Assembly (NCBI GenBank): GCA_049971805.1
Contig: JBMFKU010000013.1
Span: 1 to 37,009 of the forward strand
Origin: Caldisphaera sp.
GTDB taxonomy: Archaea; Thermoproteota; Thermoprotei_A; Sulfolobales; Acidilobaceae
Reading direction: 5' to 3'
Length of the DNA stretch: 37,009 bases
Positions 28,121-37,009 of the stretch are shown here, piece after piece. A program made the position numbers and the translations under genes. The notes under the pieces are model-generated. The model saw only the letters and a list, made by a program, of their open reading frames with translations. It made no database searches and was not told where the DNA came from. The first letter of the stretch is position 1, and every line of letters begins with the position of its first letter.

Positions 28121-28708
28121 ATGGTAGAAGTAGGAGTTGAAGCACCAGAATTTAAATCTAAAGCTTATTTCCCAGCAGAAAATAAGGTTAAAGAAATAAA
28201 ATTGAGTGATTATAAAGGAAAATGGGTTATTCTAACGTTCCATCCTGGAGACTTTACATTTGTATGTGCAACAGATTTAGAGGCATTTCAGGCCTATTAC
28301 GAAAAATTCAAAGAAAATAATGCAGAAATACTAGGAATTAGCACTGACTCTGTTTATTCCCATAAAGTATGGGTAGAAACCAGTCCAAGAGTTAAGAATG
28401 TAAAATTCCCATTGGTTGATGATATAAGGAAAGAGATTTCATCTGCCTATGGATTTTTAAATACAAGGTCAGGCATGACAAAGAGAGGCACAATTATAAT
28501 AAATCCAGAAGGTATAGTTGAATATATTGCAGTATTCAATGATAGGCTAGGAAAGGATGTGCCTCATATATATAATGCATTTATAAATCTAAAGTATTTG
28601 TATGAGCACCCAGGCAAGCCTGATGAATTTGATATAATAGGTGCAAACAAAGGAGAAGGTTTCCAAACTATTAGAATAAGAATACCTGATAGCATAGGAA
28701 AACTATAA
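28121..28708 (+). CDS. Peroxiredoxin (AhpC/Prx-like) with a single Cys
   Basis: PxxxTxxC 'PGDFTFVC', 'STDSVYSHKVW', catalytic Arg 'KRGT'. Confidence 0.9.
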   Translation: MVEVGVEAPEFKSKAYFPAENKVKEIKLSDYKGKWVILTFHPGDFTFVCATDLEAFQAYYEKFKENNAEILGISTDSVYSHKVWVETSPRVKNVKFPLVDDIRKEISSAYGFLNTRSGMTKRGTIIINPEGIVEYIAVFNDRLGKDVPHIYNAFINLKYLYEHPGKPDEFDIIGANKGEGFQTIRIRIPDSIGKL

Positions 28709-28917
28709 CCTTAAATATTTTTTAATTGTTAACTCCCCAGTTAACAATATAAGCGTGTAGCAAAAATTGAAATTAAACCTAATTTTTTAAAATTACCGCT
28801 TATTTTTTATTTAGGATAAGGATCCCTATGTTAAAATTATGCATTGTTTAAGATGGAAGTTTTCTAAAAACCCAATCCTTAAATTTTTCACCTATCCTTA
28901 TTAATCTGGTGCAAAAA

Positions 28918-29895
28918 ATGAGCTCTGAATTGGAACTTCTATGGACTGAAAAATATAGACCTAAATCACTAAAGGATATAATAAATCAGCATGATATAGT
29001 TAATAGACTAATGAAATTTGTACAAGAAAAAAATATGCCTCACCTATTATTTGCTGGTCCTCCTGGAATAGGAAAAACAACGGCTGCCCATGCCTTAGCT
29101 CACGACTTGTATGGGGATTCCTATACGCAGTTTATGCTAGAATTAAATGCAAGTGATGAAAGAGGTATTGATACGATAAGAGAAAAAGTAAAAGAGTTTG
29201 CAAGAAGTAAAACCCCACCAGAAATACCTTTTAAGATAGTTCTTTTAGATGAGGCAGACAATATGACAAGCGATGCGCAACAGGCATTAAGAAGATTAAT
29301 GGAGCTTTATAGCAATTCAACTAGATTCGTTTTAGCAGCAAATTACCCCTCTAAAATAATAGATCCTATACAAAGCAGATGCGCATTTTTTAGATTTATT
29401 GCTATAAACAAAGATGATGTTGTTTCTAGGTTAAAATATATAGCCGAAAAAGAAGGAGTAGACTATGATGAAGATGCATTAGATATAATTTATGAGATTT
29501 CGGAGGGTGACATGAGAAAAGCGATAAATGTTTTGCAGGCCTCTGCATATCTTGGAAAGGTTACATCTGATACAGTATTTAAGGTTGTAGGTATGGCTAG
29601 ACCAAAAGATATTAGGGACATGATAGAAATAAGCATTAAGGGTGATTTTATAGAGGCAAGAGAAATATTGAGGAAAGTAATGATAGAATATGGATTAAGT
29701 GGAGAAGACGTTGTTAGGCAAATACATAGAGAATTGATGGGATCAGATTTAAAGATAAGTGACGAATTAAGAGTTATGATAGCAGACTATTTGGGAGAAA
29801 TCCATTTTAGGATTTCTGAGGGAAGTGATGAAGATATACAGCTAAGTTCTTTCTTAGCATGGCTATCTATGATGGGCAAGAAATTGGGTGCTTAA
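28918..29895 (+). CDS. rfcS: Replication factor C small subunit (no intein)
   Basis: 'WTEKYRP', 'GPPGIGKTT', 'LELNASDERGID', 'DEAD', 'SRC'. Confidence 0.97.
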   Translation: MSSELELLWTEKYRPKSLKDIINQHDIVNRLMKFVQEKNMPHLLFAGPPGIGKTTAAHALAHDLYGDSYTQFMLELNASDERGIDTIREKVKEFARSKTPPEIPFKIVLLDEADNMTSDAQQALRRLMELYSNSTRFVLAANYPSKIIDPIQSRCAFFRFIAINKDDVVSRLKYIAEKEGVDYDEDALDIIYEISEGDMRKAINVLQASAYLGKVTSDTVFKVVGMARPKDIRDMIEISIKGDFIEAREILRKVMIEYGLSGEDVVRQIHRELMGSDLKISDELRVMIADYLGEIHFRISEGSDEDIQLSSFLAWLSMMGKKLGA

Positions 29896-31267
29896 TTTGG
29901 TTAATGAAAAAATACCATGGGTTATAAAATATAGACCCAAGAAGGTCGATGATATAATAAATCAAGAAGAGGCAAAAAGTCAGGTATTAACGTGGATTCA
30001 TTCATGGTTAGAAGAAAAAATACCTGCTAAGAAAGCTCTCTTATTTTACGGTCCTCCAGGGGTTGGTAAGACAAGCCTAGTTGAAGCTGTAGTTAAAGAA
30101 TACAACTTAGAGCTTCTTGAATTAAATGCAAGTGATTATAGAAGAACTCAAGATATTAGAAAAACAGTTTTAATTGCATCTCAAAAAAGACCTTTATTTA
30201 AAAAGATGGCATTAATATTAATGGACGAAGTAGATGGATTAAGTCCTAGAAATGATATTGGGGGAGTTGAAGAGCTAACAAAAATCATACCTAACACAAT
30301 AAATCCGATAGTTTTAACTGCAAATGATCCATGGAAGGATTCTTTAAGGCCTTTAAGAGAATTTGTTTCTATGGTAGAGTTTAAACAGCTAACTGTTAAC
30401 CAAATAATAGCTGTTTTGCAAAATATATGTAACCAAGAAAAGATTGAATGCGAAAGAGAAGCATTAAAATTCATAGCAGATAAAAGCATGGGAGATTTAA
30501 GAGGTGCAATAAATGACTTAGAATCTATTGCAGAAGGATATGGTAAGGTCACATTTAATATAGTTTCTTTAGTAATAAAAGGAAGGGATAAAAGCATAGA
30601 TTTATGGAGGACATTAAATGGTGTTTTTTATGCAAAAGAAGCATGGCAATCTAAAAAAGCTGTAACAAATTCTGAGGAAGACTATGAAACTCTGATGGCA
30701 TGGCTTAATGATAATATACCGGCAAAATATGGAGACCCCGAAGATGTATTTAGGGCATGGGATTCCTTAGCAAGGGCTTCTTTGTTTTTAAGCAGAGCAA
30801 AATCTGGTAACTGGGATTTTCTATCCTATGTTTTTGATTTAATAGGTCCGGGGGTATCTTTTGCAAGAAAAAATAGTGATGTATTAAAAAACAGATTTTC
30901 TTATCCAGAAAAAATAAAGATGATGGCACAGCTTAGACCAACTAGACAATCTAGAGATAATATTGCAGATAATATAGCAAAAAGAATCCACTCATCTAAA
31001 AAAACTGTAAAATCTGAGGTGCTACCATATTTAATTATAATGTTAAGATATGGTGATTTATCGAAGGCCGGATCTCTATCAAAATATTATGGTTTTACAG
31101 AAGATGAATTAAAATATTTAGCAGGAAATAGAGTAAAAGATATAGAAAATGCTAAAGAAAAAAGTGTTAAAGAGCAAGCTATTAAGCAAAGCGAAAATAA
31201 AGGTAAAGAGCTTACTTTAGATAAGTTTGGTGTATCACGTAAAACTAGAAAATCTAAAAAGAATTGA
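29888..31267 (+). CDS. rfcL: Replication factor C large subunit
   Basis: 'PWVIKYRP', 'GPPGVGKTS', 'ELNASDYR', 'DEVD', PIP-like 'LTLDKF' near the C-terminus. Confidence 0.96.
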   Translation: MLNLVNEKIPWVIKYRPKKVDDIINQEEAKSQVLTWIHSWLEEKIPAKKALLFYGPPGVGKTSLVEAVVKEYNLELLELNASDYRRTQDIRKTVLIASQKRPLFKKMALILMDEVDGLSPRNDIGGVEELTKIIPNTINPIVLTANDPWKDSLRPLREFVSMVEFKQLTVNQIIAVLQNICNQEKIECEREALKFIADKSMGDLRGAINDLESIAEGYGKVTFNIVSLVIKGRDKSIDLWRTLNGVFYAKEAWQSKKAVTNSEEDYETLMAWLNDNIPAKYGDPEDVFRAWDSLARASLFLSRAKSGNWDFLSYVFDLIGPGVSFARKNSDVLKNRFSYPEKIKMMAQLRPTRQSRDNIADNIAKRIHSSKKTVKSEVLPYLIIMLRYGDLSKAGSLSKYYGFTEDELKYLAGNRVKDIENAKEKSVKEQAIKQSENKGKELTLDKFGVSRKTRKSKKN

Positions 31268-31270
31268 AAA

Positions 31271-31375
31271 CTAATGGAATATTAATCCAATAACTGGTAT
31301 CATAAATATTACTACCAATAAGATTGCAAATACTATTAATAACACACGTTTTCTACTTTTTTCTTTTCTCGGCAT
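31271..31375 (-). CDS. Small single-pass membrane protein (34 aa), not in the ORF track
   Basis: MPRKEKSRKRVLLIVFAILLVVIFMIPVIGLIFH*; GGGAG RBS 7 nt upstream. Confidence 0.65.
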   Translation of the reverse strand: MPRKEKSRKRVLLIVFAILLVVIFMIPVIGLIFH

Positions 31376-31423
31376 TATTATCTCCCAAAAACTAGTTAAA
31401 TGGAGAATTTAAAAATAAAATTG

Positions 31424-31540
31424 CTATCCACCTGGTGCTCCATGGAATGGAGCATCTAACCATACCATATACCATTTATCCTCATCGCTAATTTCTTCCT
31501 CTTTTTCCTCCTTTTCTTTTATATTTCTTTGGGTGGTCAT
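31424..31540 (-). CDS. Small acidic peptide ending in Gly-Gly (38 aa), not in the ORF track
   Basis: MTTQRNIKEKEEKEEEISDEDKWYMVWLDAPFHGAPGG*; purine-rich upstream sequence (gggagatgagtaggt). Confidence 0.6.
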   Translation of the reverse strand: MTTQRNIKEKEEKEEEISDEDKWYMVWLDAPFHGAPGG

Positions 31541-31835
31541 ACCTACTCATCTCCCACAGAATTTTTAAAAGACAAAGTTTAAATTCGTTTACCTCACTTT
31601 ATTATTAATTCTTTATGATTTGAAATTTTAAAGCACAGCATTAAACAATTTAATCAAATCAGACTTACAATAAAGAGAGGGTTTGTTACTTATTTATCGA
31701 TTAATTTTGTTGAATTTTCTAAAATAAATTATAAGTTCATTGTTACTCTAAAGTATGGATTTTATCAACTTGTAAATATTAGGTTAGTGCTAACAAATAT
31801 AAAACTCCTTTATAGCAGGTATTGTTGGTGAAAAA

Positions 31836-32777
31836 ATGAGCAACAATTTAAGGATAAAAAACGAGGAATTTAAAGAAAAGTCAACTAAAGCAGCTGAATA
31901 TAAAGAGCAAGCACAAAGGATGAAAGTAATACAAGATGAGCAAAAGAAAGTAGTTGAGAGGATGAAAAAGATTCCTTTTAAGGTGGCAATACTTAGCAGC
32001 AAAGGCGGTGTAGGTAAATCATTTGTTACATCTAATTTAGCTATAGCATTAAGCTCTATGGGGCTAAGCGTAGGTATATTAGATGCAGATTTTCATGGAC
32101 CAAGCATTCCGAAAATGTTAGGTTTAAGCATGTCAAAGGGTTTATTGGCAAAAGATGATGGTTCTATAATACCTGTTATAAATAAATATGGAGTAAAGGC
32201 AGTTTCCGTTGGACTAATGCTACCAGAAGAAGAAACACCAGTTATATGGAGAGGTGCCCTTAAAACAACTGCTATTAGACAATTATTAGCATATACAGAT
32301 TGGGAAGGGATCGATTATTTACTTATAGATTTACCTCCAGGTACTGGAGATGAACAGCTAACAATTGCTCAAATAATACCTAATTTAACTGGTTTTCTTT
32401 TAGTAACTATACCGAGCGAAGTATCTAAATATGTTGTTAAAAAGGCAGCAAACTTCGCACAGAAACTAAATATACCATTGCTTGGTATAATAGAAAATAT
32501 GAGCTATTTTAAATGCCCTGATGGGAGTATACAATACATATTTGGAAAAGGTGCAGCAGAAGAGATATCAAAACAATATAATATACCATTTTTAGGTAAG
32601 ATACCCATAGACCCAAAGATTAGAGAAAGCAACGATAATGGTTTGGCATTTTTCTTAGATAATCCTGAATTAGAGGCATCAAAGATATTTATGGAAATAG
32701 CTAAAAGATTTTTAGAAATAATAAACCAAGGTATAAAGGAAAAAGCAAAGGAAAATCGAGTTAATGAAAAGGGATGA
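31836..32777 (+). CDS. Mrp/ApbC/Nbp35 family ATPase (Fe-S carrier)
   Basis: 'SSKGGVGKS', 'DADFHGPSIP', 'VIWRG', 'DLPPGTGD', 'GIIENMS'. Confidence 0.93.
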   Translation: MSNNLRIKNEEFKEKSTKAAEYKEQAQRMKVIQDEQKKVVERMKKIPFKVAILSSKGGVGKSFVTSNLAIALSSMGLSVGILDADFHGPSIPKMLGLSMSKGLLAKDDGSIIPVINKYGVKAVSVGLMLPEEETPVIWRGALKTTAIRQLLAYTDWEGIDYLLIDLPPGTGDEQLTIAQIIPNLTGFLLVTIPSEVSKYVVKKAANFAQKLNIPLLGIIENMSYFKCPDGSIQYIFGKGAAEEISKQYNIPFLGKIPIDPKIRESNDNGLAFFLDNPELEASKIFMEIAKRFLEIINQGIKEKAKENRVNEKG

Positions 32778-32783
32778 TTTTAA

Positions 32784-33044
32784 TTAAATTAAACCAAACT
32801 TTGTTGCTATATCAGTGGCTTTAAATTCTTTTGCTAATTTTACGTATGCCTTCTTTTCTCCTTTAGGAGTAATGGTTGTTCTTATTGATTCAATTTTTAC
32901 CCCATATAGCTTTTCGATGGCATCTTTTATATCAGGTTTTGCTGAGTCTCTTTTAACCACAAATGTTAAAGTATTTTCTTCTTCCATTAGTCTAGAAGCC
33001 TTTTCGCTCATTACAATCCTTAGAACTATATCATTTCCTTTCAT
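32784..33044 (-). CDS. rpl23: 50S ribosomal protein L23
   Basis: 'SEKA..LME.ENTLTFVV', 'KKAYVKL', 'ATDIATKFG'. Confidence 0.96.
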   Translation of the reverse strand: MKGNDIVLRIVMSEKASRLMEEENTLTFVVKRDSAKPDIKDAIEKLYGVKIESIRTTITPKGEKKAYVKLAKEFKATDIATKFGLI

Positions 33045-33046
33045 CT

Positions 33047-33856
33047 TTAATCACCTATTGGGAATCTATTATGTAATGCTTTTAATGCTTCGCTTGTTAT
33101 AACTGTTAGCCTTCCAGGTACACCTCCAGGAGAAAGGTCTAACACGTTAACCAAAAAAGGTTCTGTTACCGTAACCCCTGGCATATTTAATACAGCTTTA
33201 GCAAATGGAGTCTTATAGCTATCGATTATGAATAAGATGCTGTTTATTTTTTTATATGTTCTTCCTCTCATCTTTCCTTTACCTGATCTGTATTTAATTC
33301 CTTCATATGCTCTCTCAATATCTTTATATACACCAATTTTGTTTAGTAGTTCTCTTGCATCTTTGGCCTTCTTTATGCTTTGCAATACATCTGAATTAAT
33401 AACTACAGGAACTGTTTTTGTTTCAAATTCATGTCCTCTTTCTTTAACTATTTCAGGTATAGCTGTTGCCGCTAGTGCACTCATAGTTGCTAAGGCCTTT
33501 TCTTTTTTATTTATTTCTTCATGTATTTTTTCATCAATTCTTGGAGGAAAGGCCGCTCTACCTTTTCTAGTCATGGGTGCTAAGGCCGCTCTCATACCAC
33601 CCTTTACTCTAGGGACTCTAGCAACTCCATGACCAATACCTATGCTTCTAGCTGTTGTTCTCTTTCCTGCCATGGGATCTCTTGCTTTTACCTGTAAAGA
33701 TGCTGTGAATTCGCTTAAAAATGCCTTCATTATTAAATCTCTTCTTATAGGAACTCTGAATACATTAGGTAATTCTATTTCTCCATCTATTTCTCCGTTT
33801 TGGTTATACTTGTTTACAGATATTTTAGGGCTTAAATATAAAACTATTGAGTTCAT
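33047..33856 (-). CDS. rpl4: 50S ribosomal protein L4
   Basis: 'RDPMAGKRTTA.S.G.GHGVARVPR', 'GKGKMRGR', 'PGGVPGRLT'. Confidence 0.96.
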   Translation of the reverse strand: MNSIVLYLSPKISVNKYNQNGEIDGEIELPNVFRVPIRRDLIMKAFLSEFTASLQVKARDPMAGKRTTARSIGIGHGVARVPRVKGGMRAALAPMTRKGRAAFPPRIDEKIHEEINKKEKALATMSALAATAIPEIVKERGHEFETKTVPVVINSDVLQSIKKAKDARELLNKIGVYKDIERAYEGIKYRSGKGKMRGRTYKKINSILFIIDSYKTPFAKAVLNMPGVTVTEPFLVNVLDLSPGGVPGRLTVITSEALKALHNRFPIGD

Positions 33857-33858
33857 CT

Positions 33859-34887
33859 CTAAACACCTTGTTTGCTAGATAGACTAATGAAAGTAATTTG
33901 TGGCTTTTTAATGCCTAATGATGCATACCAAATAGGTGGTCTAATTGGATACCTTAAGACTACTGGTCTTTTAGTTATACCGGGAATTGAGCCATCTAAA
34001 ATTAGATAAGGGCTTTTAACTATACCGTAATTGACAAATCCACCCGCTGGTGTTATTTTATATCCATCCTCCCCTATATCTAGTATTCTTTTGTTGTATT
34101 CTGTTCTCCTATGAAATCCCAATTGACCTGGAGAAGGATTTTCCCACCAAGTACCTAATCCATGACTCCTTGCTCCAATTTTTCTGCTACCTTTTCTATG
34201 TTTTGTCCATCTCGGTAATTGCTTTGCACCAGCCCTTTTTATAACGCCTTGCCATCCTTTTCCTTTAGTTACTGATAAAACATCGATGACCTGTCCAGGC
34301 ATAAAAACTTCTTTTGCTGTAACTTGTTGCCCCAATTTATTCAATGCAAAGTCTAATGCTTTTTTTATATCATTTGATCCAACTTTTATTTCTAATATAT
34401 CTGGTATTTTTTTGCTTAAACCTCCAGTAAGCTTAGGTTGTGAAGCTATTAACACCCTAACTTCTTTTATTTCACTTGCCTTCTTCTGTAATTCTTTTTT
34501 ATTTTCTTCTTTAAATTCTCCTTGAGTAGGTATCCTTCTTTGTAGCTCAATTTCTTCTGGTATTTTCCCCCATGCTTCAGTTAAAGGATATAGACCTTTA
34601 TTTAAATCAAAGCCATAGCCTCTAACAGCTAAAACATAAATCGGCGGGGTTTCTATTATTGTTACAGGTTTTATTACTTCTTTTCCAAAGTTAGGTAATC
34701 CTTGCCTGTCTTCGATCATAAATATATGTGTCATCCCTACCTTATATCCTATAAATCCTAATAATTTTGGCTCTTGCAATGAAATTGTTGGCCAAGATTT
34801 TATTTTTGGTACAAACTCCTCTGTTCTCATTCTAGGATAAAATCCTAAGCTACCACGACGTGCTGCTGATTTCTTACGATGCCCCAT
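33859..34887 (-). CDS. rpl3: 50S ribosomal protein L3
   Basis: 'RRGSLGFYPR', 'GYKVGMTH', 'VTKGKGWQGVIKR', 'GQLGFHRRTEYNKR'. ATG 34887 (track start 34896). Confidence 0.96.
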   Translation of the reverse strand: MGHRKKSAARRGSLGFYPRMRTEEFVPKIKSWPTISLQEPKLLGFIGYKVGMTHIFMIEDRQGLPNFGKEVIKPVTIIETPPIYVLAVRGYGFDLNKGLYPLTEAWGKIPEEIELQRRIPTQGEFKEENKKELQKKASEIKEVRVLIASQPKLTGGLSKKIPDILEIKVGSNDIKKALDFALNKLGQQVTAKEVFMPGQVIDVLSVTKGKGWQGVIKRAGAKQLPRWTKHRKGSRKIGARSHGLGTWWENPSPGQLGFHRRTEYNKRILDIGEDGYKITPAGGFVNYGIVKSPYLILDGSIPGITKRPVVLRYPIRPPIWYASLGIKKPQITFISLSSKQGV

Positions 34888-34999
34888 CCTTAGCACCTTT
34901 GGTAATTTCAGTTTCCAAGGGTTGTAGCAAGTTTAAAAAGATTTATGTAAAATTTTCTTTTAATTTCAATTAACTTCTAACATTTAATATCATAAGAGG

Positions 35000-36454
35000 C
35001 TAACCTTTCGTTACTCCCAATGGTACTAGTTTAGCAACTAATTTTGCTATCCCAACAGCTTCAGCAGTTTCAGCTACTTTATCAACATCTTTATATGCTT
35101 CAGGCATCTCTTCTATAACTGTTGATACATTACTAGCTTTAAGATAAATTCCTTTTTGATCTAATTCCTCTATAACCTCTTTATAATTCTTTTCTCTTTT
35201 TGCCGATGATCTGCTCATCCATCTACCTGCACCATGGGGAGCAGTAAACCATGATTTTACGCCGCTTTCAATACCTGCTAAAATATAGCTAGCTGTTCCC
35301 ATACTTCCTGGAATTAAAACAGGTTGTCCATAGGGTCTATATTTATTTGGTATTTCAATACTGTTTGGAGGAAAGGCTCTTGTCGCCCCTTTTCTATGCA
35401 CAACAACTTTTTTTCTTTTTTTATCTATATCGTATTCTTCAAGCTTCGCTATATTATGTGCAACATCATAAACTAATTCTAAGCCTAGATTTTCAGGATC
35501 TTGATGAAATACCTGAGCAAAACTCTCTCTGGTCCAATGCATTATTATTTGCCTGTTCGCCCATGCATAGTTAGCAGCTGCAGCCATAGCTTTAGTATAA
35601 TCTTGTGCCTCAGGAGATAAATATGGTATGCTTGCTAATTCTCTATCAGGTGGTATTGTATTGTATTTCCTCATAGCTCTTTCCATTATTTGTAAGTAAT
35701 CACTTGCAACCTGATGGCCAAGTCCTCTACTACCTGTATGTATCATAATTGTTACTTGCCTTTCAAATATACCAAAAGCTTTTGCAAGTCTATCATCAAA
35801 TATTTTATCTACCATCTGTACTTCTAAGAAATGGTTCCCACTACCTAAGGTGCCTAGCTCTTCAGACCCTCTTTTTCTTGCACTGTTGCTTACCTTAGAT
35901 GAATCTGCTATTTTCCAGCTTCCGTTTTCTTCTATAAATTCAATATCTTTATCCCATCCATAGCCTTTTTCAACGGCCCATCTTGCTCCATGATTTAAAA
36001 CTTCATCTAGCTCTTTGTTATTTAATTTTAATTTTCCAGTTGAGCCTAGACCGCTCGGTACGTTTTCGTATATAAGATTTATTAATTCCTTTATTTTTGG
36101 TTTAACATCTTTTCCAGTCAGGCTAGACCTTATGAGCCTAACTCCACAATTAATATCATAGCCAACCCCTCCAGGACTTATAACACCATTTTCATCTATA
36201 GCCATAGCTGCAACTCCACCTATTGGGAATCCGTAACCTTGATGTCCATCTGGCATAACTAGGCTGTAATTTTGTATGCCATTTAAACATGCAACATTAG
36301 TTGATTGAAGCAATGTCATATCTTGTTTCATTCTTTCCATTAAAAAATCATCTGCATATATTATAGATGGAACTTTCATACAACCCCTTTTCTCTATAAT
36401 CCATGTTCTTTCTCCAATTTTCCTTGGTTCAATTTCTGGCAATTTTTCCACCAT
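35000..36454 (-). CDS. rtcB: RNA-splicing ligase RtcB (no intein)
   Basis: 'MPDGHQGYGFPIGG', 'GYDINCG', 'GSGNHFLE', 'HTGSRG', 'HRKGAT', 'PGSMG', 'HGAGR'. Confidence 0.97.
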   Translation of the reverse strand: MVEKLPEIEPRKIGERTWIIEKRGCMKVPSIIYADDFLMERMKQDMTLLQSTNVACLNGIQNYSLVMPDGHQGYGFPIGGVAAMAIDENGVISPGGVGYDINCGVRLIRSSLTGKDVKPKIKELINLIYENVPSGLGSTGKLKLNNKELDEVLNHGARWAVEKGYGWDKDIEFIEENGSWKIADSSKVSNSARKRGSEELGTLGSGNHFLEVQMVDKIFDDRLAKAFGIFERQVTIMIHTGSRGLGHQVASDYLQIMERAMRKYNTIPPDRELASIPYLSPEAQDYTKAMAAAANYAWANRQIIMHWTRESFAQVFHQDPENLGLELVYDVAHNIAKLEEYDIDKKRKKVVVHRKGATRAFPPNSIEIPNKYRPYGQPVLIPGSMGTASYILAGIESGVKSWFTAPHGAGRWMSRSSAKREKNYKEVIEELDQKGIYLKASNVSTVIEEMPEAYKDVDKVAETAEAVGIAKLVAKLVPLGVTKG

Positions 36455-36586
36455 ACTAATTAGTATTTATTAAGGTTTATAGGTACTTTTATATAATAAA
36501 TGTATAAATAAATTAAACAAGCAAATTATAAAAAATTCAGACTATAAAGTAATGGCAAGCCGAGTGTTTACCTCTGGCATAACTTA

Positions 36587-37009
36587 CCCTTACTTTTAAC
36601 CATCTCTAGTCCGCCACAGCCTCTTAAGGGTCATACAGGCTCACCCTTAAATCATTGGGGCTAGTCGATGGAAACACCACTACCCTCATATCTACCCTTT
36701 TTACAAGGTTAAGGGGTGCAATTGAGTCTCTTTCCAATATAACATATCTACTTTCCAAATACCTATTAGTTACCTTCACAACCTTAATACCCTTATGAGC
36801 AGAGCCCGTCATCAGGTAGGGGTTAAAAACCTTTATTACCTTCTCCATGATCTGCTTACCCTTCCTTAACCTCTCATATTTGTAAGATCTATGACCATAA
36901 ATTCTTGAGGAAAATGACTTAACAATTTCTACAAAGTCCTCAAAGAGTTCTTTCATGTAGTCCTTTGTCTCCTCTTGAAAGGCTATGATCACCTTAACGC
37001 CATAAGCCC
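36587..37009 (-). mobile_element. Internally deleted IS607-family remnant (tnpA serine resolvase C-terminus fused to tnpB C-terminus); runs off the window edge
   Basis: Frame reads AYGVKVIIAFQEE..ELFEDFVEIVKSFSSRIYGHRS (IS607 TnpA-like), then 'ERDSIAPLNLVKR' (TnpB RDxxAxxN); stop at 36624. The element boundary at 36587 is approximate. Confidence 0.8.

Noticed and set aside
28918-36454. Inteins in rfcS or rtcB
   Set aside because: Both proteins have normal length and contiguous motifs.
1-37009. CRISPR array or cas genes
   Set aside because: No regularly spaced repeats; the dispersed repeats are IS-end-like and no cas gene is present.

Overview
AT-rich archaeal chromosome segment. The proteins (Orc1-2/Cdc6, RFC, archease, RtcB, rpl3-rpl4-rpl23) look crenarchaeal, most like Desulfurococcales/Acidilobales and Caldisphaera-like; this assignment is inference. 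The left part (1-8.7 kb) is an accessory, partly decayed catabolic/transport region: TenA, two Liv-type permeases with no ATPase in the window, a CaiB CoA-transferase, MaoC, a CoA-transferase beta subunit with no alpha, tRNA-Pro and a Liv-type binding protein. The rest is mostly housekeeping (acnA, moaC, orc1-2, nth, archaemetzincin, archease, Lrp, MenA-like, M20, Prx, rfcS/L, Mrp, ribosomal proteins, rtcB). Signals the ORF track does not explain: (1) a family of IS200/IS605-derived non-coding ends, including a ~277-bp left-end + right-end mini-element and two ~160-bp omegaRNA-like copies, each just downstream of a tRNA; (2) a stand-alone RNA-ligase-like nucleotidyltransferase near archease, with RtcB in the same window; (3) two unannotated small ORFs, one an acidic 38-aa peptide ending in Gly-Gly; (4) a tRNA-Gly(CCC) with C33 in place of U33; (5) an internally deleted IS607 tnpA-tnpB remnant at the right edge.
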